Part shown: positions 52,611 to 62,388 of the stretch, piece by piece
How the letters are laid out: each line of letters begins with the position of its first letter
Position numbering within the stretch: the stretch's first letter is position 1
NCBI RefSeq assembly: GCF_031769215.1
Contig: NW_026782111.1
Span: 992,001-1,056,000, forward strand
DNA from: Ylistrum balloti
Lineage: Eukaryota
Direction: 5' to 3'
Length of the DNA stretch: 64,000 bases
The notes under the pieces: generated by a model
Seen by the model: the letters and a program-made list of their open reading frames with translations, nothing else
What the model was told of the DNA's origin: nothing
Databases searched by the model: none
Program-made: the position numbers and the translations under genes

Positions 52611-54207
52611 TATAATTGGTCAGTTACTCTTGATATGTTTACCTCGGCCTCTTTCTTTAATTTGTAAATTATTGACAAAGTCTAACATGAAATTGACTGC
52701 AATCATATCCAGTAAACTATTTCTTTTCGTATTGATCAATCACATAAACTGTTTAAACCAAACAAACGATCTACTAATATTACTCTTAATATTAAGTTAA
52801 CGACAGCTGGTGATTGTAACAAAACTAATGTATGTGTATTACGTGAGAGGGCGTTACTGTCAAAGAATGTCTGCCCATTACATGCTTGATATAAATACAA
52901 TTTTATATGATTTTATAGTCTCTGGAAATGTTTAAAGCTATTTTACGTCCACATAACTATCATGTTTAAGATAAAAATGTCGTTTTTATGGCTAAAACGA
53001 TAAAACATGAAGTAAATGATAATGAAATCTAGTTGTTAAGGGTAAGAATTTAGACAAACTACCAATATCTTTAACCGCATATCGTTACAGTTTTACAGTA
53101 AGTTTACTATCGGGCAAAATATATAAACCTTTTCTAGATACTTAGATTTAATCTCTGGACAGATCGATTCCGGCTCCAGAAGTCTGACTTTCCAACGTTT
53201 GTACCATAAAATGTTACTATAAAAAGTGAAGTCACTCCAAATGGAAAGCTTTAATTAATAATCTCTACACATTCACTGACTGAATAAGAAGCCAGTGGGT
53301 AAAGCAATGATTCCGAATGATGTTAGGCGTTAGAACCGGAAGTAGCAGATGTACAATCGATTATTATCGATTTTACATTTTGGTGTGTTATTTCTATGTC
53401 AACTAATTGCTCAGTGATCGAACATACAAATCAATACCAAATACTGTCCAACTTGCTATTTCAGCTCAAACGACTACACATTGTCCATGGCGAAATGGAT
53501 GTATTGGTTTTTTTTCGTTCGTTATTTAATGGTATGGTCGTATTAAACCTGGAAATGGAGCTTCCGGGAACTTTTATTTAGTACGCTTTCTGGCATGGTC
53601 CGATGCGACTTCCGGTCCATTCATCAACATTTGCATATATATGTGTATTACTTTAAAACGTTTTAATGGATAACTGCAGGGACAATAGCCATTAATTTTC
53701 TATAATGTTATATATAATGCAGCTATATTTTGTGACGAAATTGATTAAACATAATGATGTCAATTGAAGATCAAATCAGCCGTTGTGGTTTGTTCTGCGC
53801 TGTGTGAATGACAATGTATTGAGCGTCAGCTGCTTGGTGCTAATCTATAAAGTAATGACGACATCTGTCTGTTGACGTACGAGGATAGTGTGTTAAGGTA
53901 GATGGCCCGATGAAAAGGGACATATACAATAGTGATAATAAGAATGAAATGGGAAGATCGATTAGAACACTTTTAATGTGACAGGAATATTGTCGATAAA
54001 ATTAAAAAAAGAAAATAGATAAAGAAAATATTTTTTGATAAGTTCATTGAAATATGATAATGCAAAATTGCTGACGGATAATATTGGTGGGAAATCGAGC
54101 CGAGAGGTTTTTATTCTTATTTTTTATGACATTATATATTAAAATTTTATCATTTTGTGTCAGCTAATTTCTATCCCTTAACCCTCTGCTCTATCACCAC
54201 GCACTGG

Positions 54208-54248
54208 GTCACTGACGTCACGGAAGGACGAAACAGCTGTATGATGCA
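54208..54248 (+). ncRNA. Hammerhead copy with a perfect 3' half and a damaged core/stem II
   Basis: GTCA CTGACG TCACGGAA GGAC GAAA CAGCTGTA TGATGC AG. Confidence 0.75.
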
Positions 54249-54561
54249 GTTTTAACGTTTTAGTATTCATACAATATACCATATATACCACTAAGTTTGT
54301 CGTAAAATGCGCTACTCACCAACGCGTCCTAAATACCATTTCTGATATATTTAAAAACAAACATCTTCCAAAGTGAAACACTGAGATTTTGGCGTTTCTT
54401 GTGAATAGTACACATTTCACACAAGATAATACCTTTCTAAACCAGATTAGAAAAAAAGGTACATTCATTGTTTGGCTCTACTTTTTCTAACTCTAAATTA
54501 ATTTCCATTAAAAATTGTTTCTTTTGTACAATGTAATACAATACTAATTATTGGATGAAAA

Positions 54562-54608
54562 ACTGCATCCCTACGCTTAATTCGTCCATTTAGGACTCGT
54601 CAATGATT
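54562..54608 (-). ncRNA. Degenerate hammerhead copy facing the 54.2-kb copy
   Basis: Minus strand: ATCA TTGACGA GTCC TAAAT GGAC GAAT TAAGCGTA GGGATGC AGTT. Confidence 0.7.
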
Positions 54609-55326
54609 CTAAAGTCTTTGAGTGTGGAAAATTAGGAGTCGACTTTTAATAATAAAATTGGTTGAAATTATTATTAAAATCAGAATGGATGATTCATCTA
54701 ATTTCATTTCATTAACTACTTATCCGATCCCTCAATCAATCTCCCCGCCCCACCCACCAACACACACCTTCAACGCCTACCACCCTCTGTGTTGCTTTCA
54801 CTTTTCTCTCAGTGATGTTGATGTAACGCTGATGTATGTAATTTATTGTATATATTTAGTTTCGGTTCAGAGATTGGTCATGATTTAGAAGAGGTAAGGC
54901 AGAGTGAGTGGCATTCGTTAGGGTTTTTTTTTTTGTTGTTAAAAAATACATAAATGTGTTTCGCTTCGTATGTAAAATAAAGTGGAAATATTATTCTGAA
55001 TCAAAGAAACACCACATTCCAAAACTATCACGTTTTGCCATTTGTTGCTAATCGATACATAGAGTACATTTCAACATCAAACCTGTATATCTACTTAAAA
55101 GATATAGAGAGTTGTAAAATAAACATTTCGGTAGAAACACATATCTCCCCTCAAATCTTAGCCTCGAAGGCAAAATGTCTTCCGATGGGGAGGAATGTGG
55201 AGTTAAATTACACGCCCGGCGTTTTAGTGCTAATGACTAGGGATGTTTCCCATAAACATTTCTTACTACTTCTTAATAGAGTAAGTATAGAACTGGGGAA
55301 TCAATGAGTTCTGAAAATAGGAAGAA

Positions 55327-55665
55327 CACGTGATCATTAAAGAGCACGTGATCAGTAAAGAACACGTGATCAGTGAATACCAAAATGAATAAGGGCACAT
55401 GATAATCGATTATCGAATGTGGTTATTACTGAAAAAAGTGAAAGATGAGATTTTCGATAAGATTATAAGGACACATTGGTTATCACGAATATGGATGACA
55501 CGTGATCATTGATTACTGATTGGCAAAACGACACGTGATTATGGCTTTTCGAAAGGAACACTGACACGAGATCTTTGATTATTTTCAGAAAACGTGTTAA
55601 TTGATAATCGAGTGCAAAATGGATGTGTTACATATTTAATCATGAAAAAGCATTAAAAACACGTG
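55327..55665. promoter_or_regulatory. Cluster of six CACGTG(AT) E-boxes, the first three at an 18-bp period
   Basis: CACGTG at 55327, 55345, 55363, 55499, 55532 and 55660. Confidence 0.55.
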
Positions 55666-55992
55666 ATTATTCCGAAGAAATGATAGAATTCCCGCGTGAG
55701 GTAAGTACTCCAGCGAGATGTGTATTCTAACGAGTAGTAAGTACTCCCACGAAATGACAGTACTTCAATGAACTTTGAGTAAAACCTATAAAAGTCACGT
55801 AATATAGTAGTTTGGAGTCCTTCATCAACACTTCATTATTATTAGCTAGAAATAGGTGGGGGTGGTTTGAGGCGAAAATACCTTCAGTGAGAATACTTTA
55901 TGAATGTGCCGCTAACACACGATTATAATGTACCACGTTACTGAGTAGAAGTAAGTTAAGGTTCTTATTTCGTACGACTTACATATTTAACA

Positions 55993-56072
55993 CTCCCCCC
56001 TCACAGCAACCTCCTCCCCCTCACAACCCCCCCCCCCCCCACCCCGCCTCACAACCCTCCCTCCCCGCCTCC
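55993..56072 (-). other. C-rich tract (G4 on the minus strand / i-motif potential)
   Basis: Multiple C-runs separated by TCACAA-like linkers. Confidence 0.6.
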
Positions 56073-56934
56073 CAATAAAACTATTCTGTATCTATGTGAA
56101 ACACATGAAAACATTTTGTATCCACGTTAATGTATGATGAAGTTTATAGACGAGATAATTGAAAATGATACCCATATCATATATTCTCTCAGTTCTGGTT
56201 TTTGCAAAAATGTTTGCCCACGCATTAAGTAGAAATAAATCCCTTCGAAAATAGGTTTTTTTTTACGGTAAGTGAAATAATTTCTTAAGAAAAAAAATCC
56301 TTTCTGATGATGGATATCTACATGTGGCTATATTCGCGTTAGAACGACAAGGAATTGTGTTTAAATATATCTCTTATATACATATCATATGTTTTGAGTT
56401 TTGTCGTATGACCTTATTAGCCGAATGGAAGAAATGGAAGATGAAAGGGAAAGCAAATATTTGAGTTAATTTTAGTGTGAAAGTGTTACCTGTTCTTGTT
56501 AATGAAATGAAATGAAATTTGATTTTCATCAACATGAAGAATACAAAAGTACATTTCATGTATACCTAAAGAGGATTAAATTTAGACAAACATGTTGTCC
56601 AATCCATTTGCTTTGCAATAAAAATCTTTTGAAATGAACTGAACAGAGGAAATGATCATCTGATACCTGATATAAAATGTGTTTGAATCTTTGAACGGAT
56701 AATTGAATACCTTCGTGTAGTGTCTGTAATGTAAACGAAAAACTACATTTGGTTCCGAGAACATTAAAAGATGGGTGACTGATTTAATGTTTCTGAAATC
56801 ATCCGGTATATGAAAATTGCAAAATTTATTGAACAAGGCATCGATGGTACTTACCAATCTAGATTTTGCTATTTCTTTCGATCACTTCGGATTGTCCTAT
56901 GTCGCCTCCCCAGGTTTCAAATGTTAAGCCCTTA

Positions 56935-57158
56935 GCGCCACTGACGAGTCCAAGAAGGACGAAACAGCTGTATGATGCAGCGTCACTGTCGAGTCCTAGA
57001 AGGACGAAACAGTTGTATGATGTAACATTACTGACGAGTCTGACGAGGACGAAAAAACTGTATGATGCAGCATCACTGACGAGTCCTAGAAGGACGAAAC
57101 AGCTGTATTATGTAGCATCACTGACGAGTCCTAGAAGGACGAAACAGCTGTATGATGT
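56935..57158 (+). ncRNA. Tandem array of five 45-nt minimal hammerhead ribozymes; unit 5 fully canonical
   Basis: CTG[A/T]CGA cores at 56941, 56986, 57031, 57076 and 57121. Unit 5 (57115-57158): stem I GCATCA/TGATGT, CTGACGA, stem II GTCC-TAGAA-GGAC, GAAA, palindromic ACAGCTGT, GTA triplet (cut 57152/57153). The family flank lies upstream from ~56800. Confidence 0.95.
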
Positions 57159-57450
57159 AGTTTAATTCATTGTTTAGTATTTCTCTGTTAGGGACTGGTT
57201 AGGGACAGAAGAGACCTCACAGACTCAGTAGCATGTTTCTCATTTATGTATAACTCTAGATATATATTAAATCGTGATTTTCACTTGTGTGTCCGTCCTT
57301 TGTGGAATCTTCAATAGAACATTCATTAAAGGCAACACTAACTGTCTGACACAGGTACAATTAGTGAATCGCCTTTCGTGATAACGATAAGGTAGATATG
57401 GCAAACATTCAATAAACAACCTGCATATGTTTCCGTGTTGCCAGAGAAAC

Positions 57451-57605
57451 NNNNNNNNNNNNNNNNNNNNNNNNNNNNNNNNNNNNNNNNNNNNNNNNNN
57501 NNNNNNNNNNNNNNNNNNNNNNNNNNNNNNNNNNNNNNNNNNNNNNNNNNNNNNNNNNNNNNNNNNNNNNNNNNNNNNNNNNNNNNNNNNNNNNNNNNNN
57601 NNNNN
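57451..57605. other. Assembly gap (N run)
   Basis: Run of N. Confidence 1.
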
Positions 57606-58740
57606 TTATTTCATCCACATCTTGTTGACCTAGTAAGCCAATTATTTATTTCTTTGATTATGTATTTTAGCGACTTTTTTGCGAGTTTAAAAACAATAAA
57701 ATAACAAAACGACAATAGTCAAACAAAACAAACAATATCAAAACAAACAAAATCTGAACAGTAAACAAACACAAACAGCGCTTTAGATATTGATGCTTTT
57801 CCTAAGTGTAATCTTTTTAACATTTACAAATAACTTGCTATTCATTGTGTTTATTTGCTATCATGATAAACACAGCCGTTTGTTTACATATGTATAGGTT
57901 ATGCTTATCTCCTGTCAGTAGAAACATATTGTACATGTATTCCGACAGCAGTCGAACAGCCACTGACTTCAACCCAGAATCCCAAAACCACTAAACGAAC
58001 TGATAGCAGACTCTGCTCTATCTTGATAAAACAGCCTCTTTATACAAGCAAAAACATGCAAAATGTTTGAATTATCTCATGCTCTTTCTGTTGTGATATA
58101 AAAACATCAACCGGTCTTTCTGCCTGATGATACTTGTTTGTTTTGACCTGAAAAAGCAGGGGTAGATACCTCGATCATACTTATTACTTTCATGTCAATC
58201 ATTATTGGTGCTAATTCATCGTCCATGTTTTCGTAACGATGGGTATTGATAGTGAGATCAACATCCGCTCTACGGGAGATCAGACAGACTATCAGTGAAT
58301 ATTTCACTTACTTTAAGATCTATGAGGGTAACGCCACTTATCTTGTCGTGTTTGGATGTATGTGTGAACTTTACCATGTTAATGGTTTAAAGCGTATTCC
58401 GGTATCCCCTAGGGAAACATGGCTGTGATAGGTCTGGAATCTAGTGGTAATGATACAGCGTTGTAGTCAATAAACGCCAAGAAGGCGTCACTTCCAGTCC
58501 CCTCCTCTCCTGAAAACATTTTATCTTGTTTGGTCTTTTGAAAGAACTTGTAAGACTTTATAGTTAAATTTGAAACATGTTCGCAAGTTAGAATATGAAT
58601 GTATGGTTTATTATCTCGTTTGGTGCAACATTTAGCGCTGATAGTATATTTTTACATCCGTGTAGCTTTTGATGAATACAATTAATTGGTAATAATATCC
58701 GCAATAATCAAAAGATAGGGAATCGTGATGTTTGCTTATT

Positions 58741-58762
58741 TTGTTTCTCCTTGTTTTTGCAG
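58741..58762 (+). promoter_or_regulatory. Strong 3' splice acceptor upstream of the GPCR CDS
   Basis: TTGTTTCTCCTTGTTTTTGCAG|G, 545 nt before the ATG. Confidence 0.6.
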
Positions 58763-59307
58763 GTTAATTGAAAAAGCTGGTGTTCCATATGGGATGTAGA
58801 CTAAAAGTACAAACAGCCTGAAGATATGCTATATTGTTGCATGATGAGACGAGTTCGGCCTCTGTAGACGCTCTGATCGGCTGGAAGAGGGTTGATAACT
58901 GGAATGATGGCAACAGATTTTGTTACAAGAAATGGACTGTTACACAATATCTTCACAGACTATTGAACCTTAATGTTTTAAAGAAAGATAACATTTAAAC
59001 AACGATTCCGTATGTGCAGCAATGTATTTGAATTAACAAGTGATACACACAAATATTGATACCGTAAATACGCGCTACATACAGATATTGACACCGGACG
59101 TACGCGCTACATACAAACAGTGGTCACGCCCGTACATGCAACATAAAACCCTGTAGCGTTCCTGAACGCGTGATATTTTACTACTTATCTAGATCGAGGG
59201 ATACACAACCATTGAGTTTCTACAAACTACATAAAAACGCTCTTCACGTAAAGCTACATACTTCACGTGTTTAAATTCTCTAATAATTCATTATAACAAC
59301 ATAAAAT

Positions 59308-60534
59308 ATGAATTACAGTGAAAACGTGACAATGATTGGTAGCACTGACGTCATATCAACTGAAATATGGAACATCACTAATAGTTCAGTTGGCGTGACG
59401 ACAGATGTCTACTCCAAGTCGTCCTGTCCCAACATGAACGCCTCTGACTCGTCGGACAAGAGCGCACTCGAGGCGTTCAGTGTCCATTACGCTGGAGTTC
59501 ACGGTTATGTTAGTGTTTTTGTGTGCCTTTTTGGAATGCTTGCTAATACGGCAAATATTGTTGTACTTACTCGGAAGAAAATGATAACTTCAACAAATTA
59601 TATTCTAACTTGGTTAGCTGTCGCGGACCTGTTTACCATGCTTGACTACTTCCCGTTTGCTATCCATTTCTATATTCTGAAGGATCCGAAACTCCCCTTT
59701 CCAATGACGAAAGGTTACGGGTGGGTATGTTTTCTTATGTTCCACGCAAGTTTCAGTGTCGTGTGTCATACGATTGCGATATGGTTAACAATAGGATTGG
59801 CCATATTCCGTTTTATATTCATATGGTTTCCAACGAAGGGGGCTTTGTACTGCAGCCAACAGAAAGCTAAAAGAGCAGTGATAGGTGTTATCCTGTACAC
59901 AATAATCATATGCATACCAAACTATATGTCTAACGAAATCACGACATATTGCCTCGGTGAAGAGGAGCCCGTGTATTCGCTGGAGGTGAGGAAAGATGGA
60001 GCTTTTGTGGTGATAAATTCTGTGAACTACTGGACTCAAGCTCTGCTCTTCAAACTTGTGCCCTGTATCATGCTGACGTTGCTGACTCTGCTTCTTATCA
60101 CTGCCATGCATCGCGCTTACAAGCGGCGAGTTGCTCTGAAAAATCAAGGTAAGAAGGAGGATACGGACAAACACAACGAACACAACCGTACCACTCTAAT
60201 GCTGCTGGCAGTTGTCGTTCTTTTTCTTATTACGGAGTTACCGCAGGGCATTCTTACAATATTGAGCAGTTCTATTAAAGGGTTCTTCGATTCTGTCTAC
60301 ATGCCTCTGGGAGATCTTCTCGATATTGTGGCACTTTGCAATAATGCTATCAACTTTGTCCTGTATTGCGGTATGAGTACTCAATTCCGAAAAACATTTT
60401 TTGAAATTTTCTGCAGCTGTATTCCCGAGAGGAGGCCAGGATGGCGAAAACTGGGTGTGGTGACAGCCGAGAAAAATGGATGTACACCCACAACGACAAC
60501 CACCTCATTGTCAACTACTACTACCAAACTGTGA
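59308..60534 (+). CDS. Class A peptide GPCR, myosuppressin receptor / DMSR-1-like (lophotrochozoan myomodulin-receptor group), 408 aa, intronless CDS
   Basis: Seven hydrophobic helices. HGYVSVFVCLFG..NIVVLTRKKM..TNYILTWLAVADL, HTIAIWLT..LAIFRF, RTTLMLLAVVVLFLITELPQG and NFVLYCGMSTQFRKTF are typical of this family. N-terminal N-glycosylation sequons; AATAAA at 60558-60563. Confidence 0.93.
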   Translation: MNYSENVTMIGSTDVISTEIWNITNSSVGVTTDVYSKSSCPNMNASDSSDKSALEAFSVHYAGVHGYVSVFVCLFGMLANTANIVVLTRKKMITSTNYILTWLAVADLFTMLDYFPFAIHFYILKDPKLPFPMTKGYGWVCFLMFHASFSVVCHTIAIWLTIGLAIFRFIFIWFPTKGALYCSQQKAKRAVIGVILYTIIICIPNYMSNEITTYCLGEEEPVYSLEVRKDGAFVVINSVNYWTQALLFKLVPCIMLTLLTLLLITAMHRAYKRRVALKNQGKKEDTDKHNEHNRTTLMLLAVVVLFLITELPQGILTILSSSIKGFFDSVYMPLGDLLDIVALCNNAINFVLYCGMSTQFRKTFFEIFCSCIPERRPGWRKLGVVTAEKNGCTPTTTTTSLSTTTTKL

Positions 60535-62223
60535 CGTAACGCATACTCACGTGCACCAATAAAATGTTACGTGACGCGTGGTCACGTGGATTCTTTGACA
60601 AGGAAACATACATTTCTTAAAATGATTTTAAACGACACATTTCGATATTGCCATGTCACAGTAGTTCAGTAAGGACACGTCAATATTATTGCAATACATT
60701 GTGTTTTATTGTTTGTGTGCTAGCTTTTCATAGGCCATTTTTGTGAAGCGTTTTATTTGTAATACAATTTTGGTACGCGTTATAGTTTTATCTATGTTGA
60801 TGGTATATCGTGTTTTTGCAATAGCTCTGTGTATACGCATGACAGTTGTAATTCTGATAAGAGATTTAAGAGAGTTACTTCTTTTAATACGAACTAATCT
60901 CCTGGTATCTATATGTTAAGCAATAATGCTCAATAATGTGATTATGCAGTTTTTTTAAAACCTATTCAGGCGTCTCTGTTATGTTAGTCTTTTTTTGTTC
61001 ATTTTTAGCAACGTTTACTCGAATTTCGTTTTGAATTTAGATTCCGATTGGCATATTTTTGTTGTTTGGAAACAAGCAGAAAGTCTCAAATATGAGATGT
61101 GTGACAGTTATCGATCCATGGAAAGATATAAAGTGATTCTGTTTTGGGTTCGACTACACTGTGATACTTTTAGGACAAGTACAAACTTGTAATTTTAGTG
61201 TCGATATGATTTTAACTGCGTAAGGTACAACAGTAACAAAGAAAACACCGACAGAATCTTATTAAAACTCAAATTCGATAAAACTAGGGGAAATATGAAC
61301 GCGTCCTCTGCTTTATCGACGACACCGCCATTGTTACTCATGTTATATCATGTTACCAAAGAGATAAAGCCTAAATTGAAACCATGACAAAGTTGATGTT
61401 TTATGTTTAGAGAAGACGATATCAAACTGTATTAGAATAGACCTTTAACAAATTATGATTTGTTAGACTTCGATAAAACCATAAAGCGATACTTATTTGC
61501 AAACTGATTGTAAGATATGTTGTAGACGTGTGGGAAATTGATAACAGTAATATGTTATTGTTACGTGTCTGGCTTGACCAATCTAACTAAAATCACATCT
61601 CGTCACTTACTTTTCAGACCTTTCTTTATAAACTGGATATTTATGTCATAACACATGACTTTTTAAAATTTTGAAGAATCACTTTTCATGATGAAGTGAA
61701 AATCTATACATTATGCATAAGAATGAATAGTAACGTATTTATTTCGACAGCTTCCGCTTCTCTGTCAGATTCCCATGTAACGAGATATATAATACAGCAT
61801 AGGTAGCGAAATGAGAGATGTGATTATAAGTAAATTGTGGATTGGCAAACTCATGGCGTGTTACTGTATTGGCAAGCTTCCTTTATTATGTTGTTCTTTA
61901 AGGTAGGTGATTTTAGCCTAAATGACTGATAAGTGCTACTGCTTGTAGGTATGTTTCTTCCCACAAATTCCTAGTAAATTTATATTATAAAATATTTGTC
62001 TTTGGAACTTAACCGTCTGTAGAAGATATGAAAAATTCATCGAAACAACTTTCACGAACACGATATTGAATCCTAAAATGTCGACCACAGCTGATTATGT
62101 TACTTGTGTTCATTGATTTCCATCATAATGTATATATTGTTCATCGTTATTCTTTACAGTCAATGATGATAAATTATAACACACATAGATAATAAAGATA
62201 TTTCATTTTTGATATTGAGAATT

Positions 62224-62388
62224 TACTGTAAAAACATTAATTTTCGTGATGAGTTTATTTTCATTGATTTCCTGGGTACATTAAATGCACGAAATATATC
62301 AACGAGCTGTTCACGAAATCTAATTTTTGAACATGTTTTCGAAAAATCTCCAAGAATGAGCCCCGCGAAAATATATGATTTTACAGTA
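62224..62388. mobile_element. Tc1/mariner-type MITE, ~165 bp
   Basis: TACTGTAAAAACATTAATTTTCGTG ... CGCGAAAATATATGATTTTACAGTA inverted termini with TA ends. Confidence 0.8.

Noticed and set aside
43212-57158. The tandem arrays as CRISPR arrays
   Set aside because: No unique spacers, no cas genes, and a eukaryotic context.
56866-57165. ORF with LTSPRRTKQLYDAAS 15-aa repeats
   Set aside because: A by-product of the 45-nt hammerhead unit being a multiple of three. The conserved pattern fits RNA structure, not codons.
62064-62112. Possible very old hammerhead-family copy (TCCTAAAATGTCGACCACAGCTG..TTCATTG)
   Set aside because: Too diverged to separate from chance without an alignment.
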